Source of the DNA: Octopus bimaculoides
Lineage: Eukaryota
Assembly: GCF_001194135.2 (NCBI RefSeq)
Contig: NC_068987.1
Span: 89,387,766 to 89,451,765, forward strand
Direction: 5' to 3'
Length of the DNA: 64,000 bases
Below, piece by piece: positions 1 to 12,189 of the stretch; the first letter of the stretch is position 1; each line of letters starts with the position of its first letter. The notes beneath the pieces were generated by a model. That model saw only the letters and a program-made list of their open reading frames with translations, was not told the DNA's origin and searched no databases. The position numbers and the translations under genes are program-made.

Positions 1-614
1 AAAATCGCTGATGTGGCTGATGACAGTACCGCCTGATTGGCACTCGTGCCAGTGGAACATTAAAAATCGCATCCGAATGTGGGGTGTAACCGGCCCACAT
101 ATGAGTACCCCTCATTCATTGGACAATGAACTTTGCTTGCGGAGACCTATTGAGGCAAGTGAAATCAAATCAAAATTGCTGACGTGGCCGATGACAGTAC
201 CGCCTGATTGGCCAGTGGAACGTTGAAAGCACATCCGAGTGTGATTGTTGCCAGGGCCAAGGATTGGTTCCTGTGCTGGTGACACGTGAAAAGCACCATT
301 TGAGCATGATCGTTGCCAGCATAGCCTTACTGGCATATGAAAAACAACATTGAAGCGTGGTTGTTGCCAGTGCACGTAAAAAAAACACCCTTTGAGCATG
401 ACCATTGCCAGAACTGCCTGACTGGCCCTCGTGCCGGTGACACATAAAAGCACCCACTACACTCTCGGAGTGGTTGGCGTTAGGAAGGGCATCCAGCTGT
501 AGAAACTTTGCCAGATCGGATTGAGCCTAGTGCAGCCTTCTGGCTCACCAGTCCTCAGTCAAACCGTCCAACCCATGCCAGCATGGAAAGCGGACGTTAA
601 TCGATGATGATGAT
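1..614 (+). mobile_element. RTE-type LINE 3' UTR fragment with modular internal repeats and (GAT)n tail
   Basis: Shares the gcacccactacactctc...ccatgccagcatggaaagcggacgttaa(gat)n terminus with RT-bearing copies at 12827-13912 and 28590-29636. Confidence 0.8.
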
Positions 615-834
615 TTGAAATCTAATTGATTTTATTGAAGATGAGCATTAATTACAGTGTAAAGCTAACAAGATATGCTTCTGTGAAGTTGAGGGTTTTA
701 ATTCAATTTCTAAAGCAGAGGTGTCTCAGATTACCATATTTGATGGCATAAAAGATGTGCAGGCATGAGATGCATCTCAATTTCTAAAGCAGATATGCAG
801 GAAAAATGGTTTTAGTACATTAAAGCATGTAATC

Positions 835-985
835 ATCATCATCATCATCATCATCATTTAACTTCCGTTGTCCATGCTGGCATGGGCTGGATGGTTTGAC
901 CAGGGCTGGTAAGCTGAGAGGCTGCACCAGCCTCCAGTTTGATTTGGCATGGTTTCTATGGCTGGATACCCTTCTTAATGCCAAA
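835..985 (-). mobile_element. Short RTE 3'-tail element, antisense
   Basis: (CAT)n followed by ttaacttccgttgtccatgctggcatggg...gctggatacccttcttaatgcc. Confidence 0.8.
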
Positions 986-1667
986 GAGTCCCAATTTTAC
1001 ATATAAGGACCCAGGGTGATTTTTCTTTAGCAAGAAAATATGCCTCATATGCCATCAATTACAGGACATTAACCAGTAGTGTTGTTTCTTTCTTTAAACC
1101 TTTTTGTTACCATATTTCTGTTGCAATAAACTGCTTTTATTACAATTAATTTTGAAAACAGGAAGAATTTAATAAAATTACTTTGTCATAATAAAACTGG
1201 TGTTTAGAACATGGATTAACACGAAATTTTGGTGGAAGGTTTTAATTTTTCGAACATTTTTAAAACCGGGAGTTTGTGTCATAGAACCAGAAACTGTTTC
1301 AGGTGAGTTGGTATAAAAGATGGCAGGGTGTCGGTTGAAGATCAAACGACCATCCAGAGACTTCTTTATTAACTCATTTGTGAGGGTGTAGTGTGTTGGT
1401 GTAACAGACGTAAAATCTTTAGTGAGTGTTTGCTGGGAGTCAGTTGTAAGCTAAGATGTACAGTGATGATGATGATGATATGTGGTGAAAGTTTGTAATT
1501 TAGTAGAAAACCTCAGGAAAAACTGGGTCATATTTCATTGTATAGGTTGATTGATGATTGGAAAATATTTGATCAGTTCAGTCTGTTAATTGTGACTTGA
1601 ACCTGGACAATTACTGAATAGTTGATTGCTTTCTACAGCAAACCTGTTTTTTATTTGGTTCTTTCAG

Positions 1668-1727
1668 ACAAGAATAAAACCACCAAACCAAAAGGTGCAC
1701 CAAGTGACAACTCTCCAGCATCTCAAG
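1668..1727 (+). CDS. C7orf50: Probable internal 60-nt exon of the C7orf50-like gene, (D)KNKTTKPKGAPSDNSPASQ(D), phase 1/1
   Basis: Acceptor tttggttctttcag ends at 1667 and donor CAAG|gtaatc starts at 1728. The frame is open and the phase matches the next exon (G|AT = Asp). No homology can be seen in this low-complexity stretch. Confidence 0.6.
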
Positions 1728-2789
1728 GTAATCGATGTTTGTTTGGTGCTTTTGCTTCATCGTTTTTCTCTCTACAACTATTTCAACAGTAATTCTTACT
1801 CTGCAACTGTCTCCAATCTATGTAAATTCTTTCAGAAAACAATACAGTTGTTCTAAAAATGAAGGAGCCATTATGTGAATTTCTTCAATTTGTTTCTGTA
1901 TCATAGTGTTTGCAGGATTCCACCACTGGGAAAATAGGTTCTTCCAATTCATAATTCAGTAGTTGACATCCTAAAAGTGGCTGAGATACTATGATTTAAA
2001 CTGATTACATAGCTTTATATAACTTAGTGGTTCTAGGACTAACCTGTGGTTCATCACATTGTCATAAAAATGCTTAATTCCTAATCATGAGATAATTTGT
2101 GACAAAACTAAAATGTCATTGTACCTGTACCAAAGAAATAAAAATAGAAATTTCTTGGATTGATCCTTCTATGTGACTGACAACTAATAGTTCTAAAGAT
2201 GAATTTGAAGGGGGTTTTTTTTCTTTCTAAGAATACTAAAAATATTGAGAGAAAACATTTTAACTTTATCATCATGAGTAGTGAAAATGTAATTAAAGAA
2301 GTAAAATTTCTATATAAGACAAGTGCTGAAAATGCAAAATTTTCAGGACTCAAACATTAGAGATAATTACAGATTTTCTCATTATGCTTTCTCCTTCAGC
2401 ATTGTTAATAGTGAAACACTTTTGGCCAGGTACTACAGGGTTGTGTTCTTAAGCATTGGGAATAGTTTTTTTTTCTCCTTTGGTCCATAGGTAGCGTATT
2501 TTGTAATTTCAGTTTAGGGTTATAAAGGAAAATAAATCTAAGGATTTCTGCAATATACTTCAAACCAAATTTGCTGTTGCAAAATTATCCTTATACCAAG
2601 TGACATCTTGCTTCTCTTGTCAAGTATGAAGTCATGGAACACACATGGAATCAAACTCTAATAGTGAATAAAACCATAATTGATCATAGACTTTTCAAAG
2701 CTGTGGAAGCTATGTACAAAGTTGTATTATGTGTGGGTGAGAGTCAGCAATGATTTCAGAGAGAGTAGGAGTCCAAACTCAGTCTTTAA

Positions 2790-3660
2790 TCCTTTCCTAT
2801 TCATCATAGTCTAGTGGCCATGCTGTCCATGGGGACTGATATGCTGATATTCTAGTTCCCATAGCTGAATCTCTGAGAGCATTGGAGAAGGCATAGAATC
2901 AAAACTTAGAACTGAGAGGTTTTAATGTAAACTTAGCAAAGATGAAGTTTTTATTAAATAGTAAAAAAGACACTGTTATTCTCAGGGAAATGGCTTTGCT
3001 ATGCAGAACTGGAGTAGGTATAAATTCTATATATTGTACGTACTGTAAGGCAAGGACACAGAAGATATGTAGTGGCATCACAGGCAGACTAACAGATAAC
3101 ATTATCTACATATGTGATGGATGCTCTGGAGCAGTACATGCTGTGAGCATACCAGAAATAGATTGTCTTAAGATAGCTTTTGTTAGCAAGATGTAATAGG
3201 AGGGGAGGTGATTGCTCTGAAAGTATAGCAACCAGGACAAGAACAAGTTAGAGAAAGTTCAGGGAGTGCTTGCAACTAAGGTGTTTTTCCTTAGAGATAG
3301 GGCAGATTGTATGATGCATGTGTTAGAAGTGTAGTACTGCATGGTAGTGTGACATGGGCTTTAAATGCAGAGGACTTGAGAAAACTGGAAAGAAAGGAAG
3401 CTTTGTTGGACGTGCAATGTGAATGTGCATGAACGACATGGTACAAATTTGGTGAGAGAAAATCTGAGCATTAGAAGAATCAGATGTAGTGTGCGAGAAA
3501 GAATACTGCACTGGTATGGACATGTGATGCATATAGATAAGGATATCGCTATTTATTTAGAAGTGCCGATCACTGAATGTGGATGGAGTTTGAAAAAGGG
3601 GACCCAAGAAGATTCAGTACAAAGTAGTGAAGATTGATTTCAGGACACCGTGAGGGAGAT
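2790..3660 (+). pseudogene. Degenerate RTE reverse transcriptase C-terminal and Zn-finger fragment
   Basis: Broken frames give CPW..YADDLV-like, LESKxLRVNLAK, CRTGVGINSIYCTYCK...CSGITGRL and RLxWYGHV motifs, with many stops. Confidence 0.8.
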
Positions 3661-3891
3661 GAGAAGTGACTGGGATGACTGGTGATATGTGGCCCTTGAA
3701 AAGACACATCCAAATTGGCACCCATCAGCTCTCTGCAGCTTTCCTTTGGTTACACTACTTTTCCTCGCAATCCAGAGCCACATCTTTATACTCTCTTCTC
3801 TAAGCTGTATTGTGCTTTAGAATCAACATACAGTCTCAGATCAAATCCCTTGCCAGCTTCATGCATCTTCAAAATATAATTTCTGTTTCAG

Positions 3892-4091
3892 ATAAAAAGA
3901 AGAAGTCTAAGAAAAAGAAGGGTTCGAAGGCTGATGATAAACCAAAAGAGGCGATTTTAGGTGAAGATGAAGCGACTACAGAGAAAAAGGCCAAGCAATT
4001 CTTAAATGTTTGGTACACAAATAAGAGTGAATGGAATTTTGTAAAAGCACGTCAGAACTGGTTGGTTCATCATATGTATGATCCTGAAAAG
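3892..4091 (+). CDS. C7orf50: C7orf50/cholesin (WKF/DUF2373 domain) exon: DKKKKSKKKK...KAKQFLNVWYTNKSEWNFVKARQNWLVHHMYDPEK
   Basis: Acceptor ttctgtttcag (3891) and donor AAG|gtcagt (4092). The motif W-x-F-x-K-x-R-Q-x-W-L-x-x-H-M-Y-D matches the WKF family signature recalled from known proteins, and it follows a Lys-rich N-terminal region. Confidence 0.88.
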
Positions 4092-4184
4092 GTCAGTTTT
4101 AATAACATTTTAACTTCTTTGCTTTAACCGTTACAAAATGGTCACAATTAGTGATTTATTAATTACCATTGAATATTCAGTATG

Positions 4185-4560
4185 CACAGGTGTAGCCATG
4201 TGGTTTAGGAATTTGCTTCCCAACCACATGATTTCAGGTTCAGGTCCAGTGTGTGACATTTTGAGCAAGTGTCCTTATATATATATATATATATATATAA
4301 AACCCTGCCCACCACAACAGAATCAAAATCCTAAAACGAAGGTGCCACATAAAAAGAGTTGGTGTGGATGCTGGTACCACGTAAAAATCATCCAGTATAC
4401 ATTGTAAAGTGATTGAGATTAGGAAGGGCATCCATCCATAGAAACCAAGCCAAAACAGACGATAGAACCTAGTGTGTCCCCTGGCCTTGCCAGTTCCTGT
4501 TGAGCTGTTCAAACCATGGCAGTATGGAAAATGGATGTTAAATGATGATGATGGTGGTAT
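4185..4560 (+). mobile_element. Chimeric tRNA-SINE head plus RTE 3' tail
   Basis: The SINE head (tagccatgtggtttag...ggttcagg...gagcaagtgtcc) is followed by (TA)n and an RTE tail ending gatgttaaatgatgatgatg. Confidence 0.7.
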
Positions 4561-4882
4561 ATATAATCTAGGGTGTATGACTACTACTGTATCAGTTAGA
4601 GCCCCTTGTTGATTATCATAGCCCACCTTGCTTCCAGTTTAGTGGTTTGGTTACTGTTATAATTAGTAGTATTACTGCTTGTGATATACAGAGCAAATGT
4701 ATGGAAGAAACTAAGGTAAATACAAGTTTATGTCATTTGTTGTTCCTACAGACATTTCACCATTGTGGTTGTTTGAAACATCCAATGATGAATTCTAAAT
4801 TACTCCAATGATGAAAGGTCTGTGGCGACTAATGATTTATACTTGTTTATCTAATTTTCCACTAATATATATATATATATAT

Positions 4883-5460
4883 CATCGTCGTCATCATCAT
4901 GATTTAGCGTCTGTTGTCCATGCTGGCATGGGTTGGACAGTTTGACCAGGGCTGGCAAGCTGGAAGGCTGCACCAGGCTTCAGTCTGTTTTGGCATAGTT
5001 TCTATGGCTGCATGTCCTTCCTAATTCCAACCACTCCAAGAGTGTTTGGGTACTTTTACATGCCACTGGCACAGGTGCCATTTGCGTGACACCGATATCT
5101 GCCATGACCGGTATCTGCGGTTTTAGCTGGCTTGATGGGTCTTCTCAAGCATGGCATAATTCCAAATGAACTCGGCCATTGCTTCCATGAGACAATGCTC
5201 AAAGCACAGCATAATGCCAAATGGTGTTGGTCCTTGCTTCCATGAAGCCCAACGCTTGGAAGGTGCTTTTATATGCCACTGGCACAGGTGCTACTTGTGT
5301 GACACTGGTATCTGCCACAACTGCAATTCTGCTTGGCCTGATAGGTCTTCTTCTCAAGCACAACATAATGCCAAAGGTCTCGGTCATTGCTTCTGTGAGG
5401 CCCAATATTCGAAAGGAGCTCAACCACGTTTCCTCCGTGATTTATATATATAATTTGAAT
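4883..5460 (-). mobile_element. RTE 3' UTR fragment, antisense
   Basis: (CAT)n, then ccatgctggcatggg..., then duplicated gtgcttttatatgccactggcacagg modules. Confidence 0.75.
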
Positions 5461-5855
5461 GTTTGCCTTTCCTTAGACATCATGTGATGATTATAAATGA
5501 ACATCATCATCATCATACAAGCGATGTTGTTCATTTCTAGTCTTCTGTGAAAAATCTGTTTGATCATGGAGAAAAATTACTTTGCCTGGAAACAGGCAAG
5601 GGTTAGTGACAGAAAATGCATCCAGCTGTAGAATATCTGCCTTGGCAAATTCCGTCTAACCCCTGCAAGCATGGAAAAGTGGATGTTAAAATGATTTCTC
5701 TACCCCTACAATGGGTTTGAACACAGATTCTTTATTTCATACTGTTCTTAACCTAATCCTAATCTTCCAGCTTCTATGGCCATTATAAACCACTTATTTT
5801 CCTATAAATTCAAATTGTATTGAAATTATCATTAATGTCCTGCTTTTATTTTCAG

Positions 5856-6003
5856 ATCCCTGACACAACATTTCAAACTTTACTCAAGTATCTTGCTGGC
5901 ATGAAAGGTCGTAGCCGAGAGGAAACTAAGAAGCAAGCACAGAGCTTGTTTGATGCTGTTACCAAAGACAAAAACGCACTTCATAAAAAAATCAAGTTGT
6001 CTG
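5856..6003 (+). CDS. C7orf50: C7orf50 exon: IPDTTFQTLLKYLAGMKGRSREETKKQAQSLFDAVTKDKNALHKKIKLS(G)
   Basis: Acceptor cttttattttcag (5855) and donor G|gtaagt (6004). Phase 0 joins the previous exon. It continues the WKF pattern F-x-x-L-L-x-Y-L-x-G-x-K-G-x-x-R. Confidence 0.88.
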
Positions 6004-6261
6004 GTAAGTTAAGGATTCCTATATAATTTCCTGCTTTTTAATTAAAAAATTTTGTAGTATGCTGGAGGTTGAGTTTTCATGTTAAACCATTGAGAGAGTC
6101 TTCTAAATGTTGTGAATGTTTATAAGATTTATCCAAGTCAACTGAGTTGGATATTAAAAGATATGGATCTATGACGTTTTGGCATACAGCTGTTCTGGCA
6201 TTGCCTATTTGGTAATGCTGATTCAATGCTGACCTATTTGACATCAGGCATTAATCATAAA

Positions 6262-6480
6262 CCTTTAGCATTTAAACCAGCCATATTCAGCCAATACATC
6301 CTACCTGTTTTATCTTCAAACCTGCCAAATCCAGCCTCTCATACCTACCCTACAATGTCATTCTAAAAATATGCAATCGTATCATAGAAATCTTGAAGCT
6401 ACAAGATAATATATGATTAATCCAAAACAAAGTGGATAAACAAGCATTACATTTGACAGAATAATCTGGATGCTAAAGGG
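6262..6480. mobile_element. piggyBac-like MITE
   Basis: Ends cctttagcat...atgctaaaggg, with TTAA at 6481-6484 and a degenerate TAAA on the left. Confidence 0.65.
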
Positions 6481-6530
6481 TTAATCTCACTTTAGTATTT
6501 CTCTCATTCTTTCTCTCCTTCTCTCTTTAG

Positions 6531-6720
6531 GCATGTGGCCTGGTGGTTAGTGTGTCATGCTCACGATCTTGCAACCATGGTTTCAATTCCCAGACTGGCT
6601 GTGCACTGTGTTCTTGAGCCAAAACACTTCATTTCACGTTGCTCCAATCCACTCAGCTGTAAATGAGTGACCACCCTGTGACCGATTGGTGTACAAGGGC
6701 GAGAGGGTAACTCAGGAGAA
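6531..6720 (+). mobile_element. tRNA-derived SINE, second family; other copies near 9845, 23400 and 30810
   Basis: A-box-like ggcctggtggttag and B-box-like gtttcaattccc, followed by gtgttcttgagc..aacacttcatttcacgttgctcc..tccactcagctgtaaatg. Confidence 0.7.
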
Positions 6721-7589
6721 TCCCCTGAACGGAGGTCTTGTGAGCCCAGTTTTGTATTTAGCAATTGAAAGGATGAATTGTACAACCCATTCAGTGAATC
6801 CTGTTTGGTTGGGACAGGTTCACCATCTCTCTCTCTGTATAAGGAGAGGGAGAGTGTTCATGTCAGTTGTGCTCAATTAATAATCTCTTCCTCTCTTTCT
6901 CTCTCTCATGTTTTCTATCTGTGTGTGTGTGTGTTTTTTGTTTTCTTCTCGCCCCCAGTGCCAAACCATACTACTCTCAACACAGACTGAATGTCCAATC
7001 AACCATGCCAAAATTATCAACATCCAAATAGCTACAACCAGTTGCCTCATTTCATGGAAACGTCAACTGGTATTTGGAGGTGTGGGGCACAACTGTATTG
7101 CTATTGTTGTATCACACAGACTGAAGAAAACAAACCGATGGTGATATTGGAAAGTAATCAATGTAGAATGGGTTTGGAATGAAATAATCCAGGCACAAGA
7201 GTTGAAATGTTTGGGGGAAAGGGAAGTTGATCACATGGACCCTAGTATGCAACTGGTACTTTATTTTCTCGACCCTGAAAGGAAGAAAGACTAAGTTGAC
7301 CATGGCAGAATTTGAACACAGAACATAAAGACGGATAAAATGCTGCCAAGCAATTTGTTTGGCGTGCTAATGATTCTGCCAGCTCAGCATCTTGAAATGG
7401 ATGTGATGAGAAACGTCTGTAAGAAGAGACATGTGACTGTGGAGGAGGAGGAGGAGGAGGGAGGTGTAGAAGCTGAAATGTGCCTCTGCTCGAAATATAT
7501 GTTTAGAGAGAAGATTCTAAGAGATGTGAAGGAGGTCGATGAGATGTTGATTTGTCATGAGTGAGAGCCATGGCTGGAGCAAGATAGCA

Positions 7590-8070
7590 CTCAAGTAGAA
7601 AGTGAGATGGTAATGGAATGGGGAAAAAAAACAGCTCTATGAAAAAAAATTTGGATGAAAGAGAAGCAAGGAAAATTATCAGATAGAAAAGAGTGTTGAC
7701 ATAAGACCAAGATTAGCTGAAAGAGGTTCCCTGATGCTCAGTGAAGGGAGGATTAAAGATGTGAGGAGTGTAAGTGAAGACTTAGAGTGCTCACTTAGTC
7801 TCACAGCTGAGAAAGAGGCTTGGAAATACTTATAAGAGAAGTTGTTGAATATAGAGAAAGTGTCAGAGAAAGTGATCCAACAGGGGGACCAGCTATTGAA
7901 GTGGACAGGTTTAATAGTGCAAGTATCGTTAAGAATGAGGAAAGCAAGTGGATCGTCAGGAGTAGTTACTGAGATGCTGAAGATATCTGGCAGTGTAGGG
8001 CACACACTGCTCACACACATCATCAATCCTGTAGCAGAGAGAGAGATGTCATACTGAGTGATAGAAATGC
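7590..8070 (+). pseudogene. Degenerate RTE ORF fragment, N-terminal to the RT domain
   Basis: Translation includes MRKASGSSGVVTEMLKISGSVGHTLLTHIIN, matching the RTE MKxGKAxGPSGxxxEMLK motif. Confidence 0.75.
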
Positions 8071-8585
8071 TTGAAAATTGGTGATGGTTTGTTTACATCC
8101 CTGTATCTTAGTGGTTTGACAAAAGGGGACCAATAGAATAATTACCAAACTTGAAAACTGGAGTCAATTTGTTCAACTAAAATCTTCAAGGCCTTTCCCC
8201 AGCATGGCCACAGTCCAATAAATAAAACAAGTAAAAGATAAAAGATACGGGGCATCAGATGGTGGGTGTGAGATTTCTGGTACAAACGTCTGATACTTGT
8301 GGAGGGAGGAGTGTTAGGGAAAGAAATGCTAAGAGACTCAAACGGAGAGACTCTGAGGAAGAGAGGGACCAAAGTGGTGAAGGCGACATCAGGGCTACCG
8401 ACCTACAAATGAGGGTCTGCAACAAGAAGCAAGAAACTGATGAACTGAAGAAGACTTATCCAGCTTATACAAACATAGAAACGGGCATAAAAATGTCTGC
8501 CTGAAATACATTGAAACTGATTGAGTCAGGGACAACTTTTGATGTATAAAGAATTATTCTTGAGCTTAGCCAAAACTATTTTTTG

Positions 8586-8760
8586 CCCTTTAGTATTCAT
8601 ATTATTCTGTCAAATCCAATACATAACGATTCACGTTGTTTTGAATTAATCATCCATTATGTTGTAGCTTTGAGATTTTGATGATGTAAATGTTTAATTT
8701 CAGAATGATATTGTAGGGTAGGTGCAAAAGGCCAGATCTGACTGGTGAACTACTAAAGGA
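8586..8760. mobile_element. Second piggyBac-like MITE copy, inverted relative to 6262-6480
   Basis: ccctttagtat...tactaaagga followed by TTAA. The interior is the reverse complement of the 6262 copy. Confidence 0.6.
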
Positions 8761-8839
8761 TTAAATATATTTATTAAATGACTGAAACAGTGAATGTATT
8801 GTTTGCAATTTGTCTTTTTAATTTTCTTTTCTTTTGTAG

Positions 8840-8895
8840 GGGAACCCGGGCTTCTTCAACGAACCAGAGCTGAACAAGTCATCCAAATACTGTAG
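8840..8895 (+). CDS. C7orf50: C7orf50 terminal coding exon: (G)EPGLLQRTRAEQVIQIL*
   Basis: Strong acceptor ttttcttttcttttgtag (8839), phase 1, TAG at 8893-8895. The RAxQVxQxL C-terminus is typical of the family. ATTAAA signals at 8963 and 8989. Confidence 0.85.
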
Positions 8896-9131
8896 CAGTT
8901 CTTACAGTCATAGGCATTGTCAAAACATTTGATATTTTTTTTGTCATTTTTGTCTTTTGGCAATTAAAAAGTATGTTTTAAAATACCTATTAAATGCAAA
9001 CTGTTTCTTTTGTTATCAATCATCAGTGTGAATTAGAAACACAAAAGCAGGCAGTTATAATCGTCTTGTGCTTTACAACTCATAATTGTCAGAAAACATT
9101 ATTTTCAGCCATAAATACAAGACTATGTTTT

Positions 9132-9281
9132 GTAAAGATTATTTGCCAACATAACATGGCAGTCCTGGTTAAGGACGAATGTTGCTGTAATTTAGACCCA
9201 GGAGACATCGTCTGGAGTTAAATTACAGCAACATTTGTCCTAAACCAGGACTGCTATGTTATGTTGGCAAATTATCTTTAC
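9132..9281. repeat. Fold-back palindrome with 70-bp arms and a 10-nt loop
   Basis: 9132-9201 is the near-perfect reverse complement of 9212-9281. Confidence 0.95.
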
Positions 9282-9418
9282 TCCAAAGTACTGTTGCTGA
9301 ATATTTCTCTTTGAGAGATTTACAAATAGTAATTTTCTATGTGTTTTGTGTCTTAAAGGGGGTTTGGCGAAACGAAATTACGCCCCCTAAAGCGTACTTG
9401 AGATTTGACCAGTTAAAG

Positions 9419-9649
9419 CGGTGGCTCTCAACCATGTTTTACCTATGGATCCCCTCAGTTCCTATTTTACTCAGATGGACCCACTTAAACATTCCATATT
9501 TAAAAAATCCTTTTATATTTTTATAATTAAATATTAGGAATTGCGTAAAAGATTTCTAAAATATTTCGTGTATTGTTGATGTATAAGCAATTTATTGCAG
9601 ATAAATTTTAACCCCAAAATCTCATATGGACCCCAGTTGCAGACCACTG
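9419..9649. mobile_element. hAT (Charlie-like) MITE
   Basis: TIRs cggtggctctcaacc and agttgcagaccactg, with degenerate 8-bp flanks (agttaaag and gtttaaag). Confidence 0.55.
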
Positions 9650-10574
9650 GGTTTAAAGTGGTTGGAAAAGTCTCCGTCTCATTTGTCAGTCCTCCGAAGG
9701 GAGATAATTCTGTTCTTATTTGATACTTAGCTCTTCTCTCTATGAAAGACCATGGATTTCTCCAAGAAGTTCTTCCACTTGATGACTGGTTTTAATTTTA
9801 ATCCTGCACATGAATTGTGTGACTGCTGTGCATACGCCTCTGAATGTGTATGGCCTAGGGGTTAGGTTGTTGCACTTGTCATTCCAAGATCATGCTTTCA
9901 ATTTCTGGATCAGGCAGCATGTTGTGTTCTTGAGCAAAACCCTTCATTCCACATTACTCCAGTCCACTCAGCTGTCAAAAATGAGTCACCTTGTGGCAGA
10001 TTGGTGTCCTGTTTAGGGGAAAGATTTTGGTCACTTATATGTCCTGGAAACCAAGAAAGGGGTCCTATGAACCCTAGGACTATGTCTCAGGGACTATTTT
10101 TTACTGAACATATAAGGACAACGGATGGCAGCCAAAGTTACTTTACGACTGTTAAACCTCAGTCAATTCTGAGTTCAAACACAGCCAGGCTCAACTTTTC
10201 TCTTCATACTTCATGAAGGAAATAAAATAACAATTAAGTACAAGACTTTATTCTTTGCAGTATTTAGCTGCATATTTTAGTACCTGGGTTTAAATCCTGT
10301 CAAGATCAACCTTACTTTCTAGAATTGATAAAATATGTCCCATTTAAATACAGAGGATNNNNNNNNNNNNNNNNNNNNNNNNNNNNNNNNNNNNNNNNNN
10401 NNNNNNNNNNNNNNNNNNNNNNNNNNNNNNNNNNNNNNNNNNNNNNNNNNNNNNNNNNNNNNNNNNNNNNNNNNNNNNNNNNNNNNNNNNNNNNNNNNNN
10501 NNNNNNNNNNNNNNNNNNNNNNNNNNNNNNNNNNNNNNNNNNNNNNNNNNNNNNNNNATAAAACAAATATATAC

Positions 10575-10843
10575 TTCTGCCACATTCCAGGGAGAAAAAC
10601 TAGAAGCAGTTGATAGCTTCCGCTACCTAGGTGACCGAGTCAGTAGCGTGGGAGGGTGCGCTGAAAGTGTAGCTGCTAGAATAAGAATAGCCTGGGCAAA
10701 GTTCAGAGAGCTCTTACCTCTGCTGGTGACAGAGGGCCTCTCTCTCAGAGTAAAAGGCAGGCTGACACATGTGTACGAACATCCATGCTACATGGCAGTG
10801 AAACATGGGCTGTGACTGCTGAGGACATGAGTAAGCTCGCAAG
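10575..10843 (+). mobile_element. 5'-truncated RTE RT fragment fused to a tRNA-SINE body (10844-11155)
   Basis: Encodes FQGEKLEAVDSFRYLGDRVSS...RIRIAWAKFRELLPLL and joins the SINE sequence at ggcaccttgggcaag. Confidence 0.85.
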
Positions 10844-12189
10844 GCACCTTGGGCAAGTATCTTCTACTATAACCTCGGGCCAACCAAAGCCTTGTGAGTG
10901 GATTTGGTAGACGGAAACTGAAAGAAGCCCATTGTATATAATATATGTATATATGTGTGTTTCTGTGTTTGTTCCCCTCTCACCATCGCTTCACAACCAA
11001 TGCTGGTGTGTTTATGTCCCTGTAACTTAGCAGTTCAGTAAAAGAAACCAATAGAATAAGACATAGGCTTACAAAGAATAAGTTCTGGTGTCGATTTGCT
11101 TGACTAAAGGCAGTGCTCCAGCATGGCCGCAATCAAATGACTGAAACAAAATAAAGTGTACTGTTTGTATTTTGCAGATTTTCACCTATCATGGGGTGGT
11201 TTTGCAATGTAGCACCTGTGATAGTTGAGAGATTACTGTAATTATAATTTTTCAGTTAGCAAATGAATGGTAAAATCAGAAGAGAATATTCCACACAATT
11301 AGTACAATGCATTTTAACATAATAAAGAATATATTTTACATTACTGTATTTAGTTTCATTCATATTTTAAAATTTAAATCCTGCTGGCATAAACTTTGGC
11401 ATATTTCTCATTGAGATTAATAAAATTAGTTCTAATTAATGTAGTGGTGTCAATGAAATCAATTATTTATCCAGCTGCCAGCAGTTTGTAACTTTGTACT
11501 AATCATTAACATCATGGAAGATTAGCAGAAATGGTAGTGCAGTAAGAATTTGGTTTTATTCATTTACATTCTGAGTTTAACTTCTCTTGGAGTCAATTTT
11601 ATCTTTCATCTCTCCAGAATCATCATATCATCATTATCGTTTAATGTCTGCCTTCCATGCTGGCATGGGTGGGACAGTTTGACAGGAGGCAGCAAGGCAG
11701 AAGCCTGCACCAGACTTCTGAGACTGTTTTGGCAGGATTTTTACAGCTGGATGCCCTTCCAAACACCACTCACTCAATAGAGTGGGCTTACTGCTTTTTA
11801 TGTGGCACAAGCACAGGCGAGGTCAGTTTTGGCAAGGTTTTTACAGCTGGATGCCCTTCCAGATGCCAACCACTTTTCAGTGTGGACTGGATGCTTTTTA
11901 AGTGGCATCTCCACTGACAGGGTCACCAAGTACCTTAATACCAGTTATGTATTAGGGTTGGTTCATTTATTACATAATCTCTTAAAAATGGTAGTCTTAA
12001 AGTCATAAATATGATTAGATTAGAGTTGAAAGTAAATTCCTGGAAAGCAAACTCTACTTTTTTCTTTCAATTCCGAAAAGTAAATATTTCACCAATAAAA
12101 CAGTAGAATCCATGTTTTGTGTTGGGAAAAAGTTAATTCAAATACTTGAAATTGTGGATTGTGTTTTATGCCACAAGGAAGCAAAGAAA

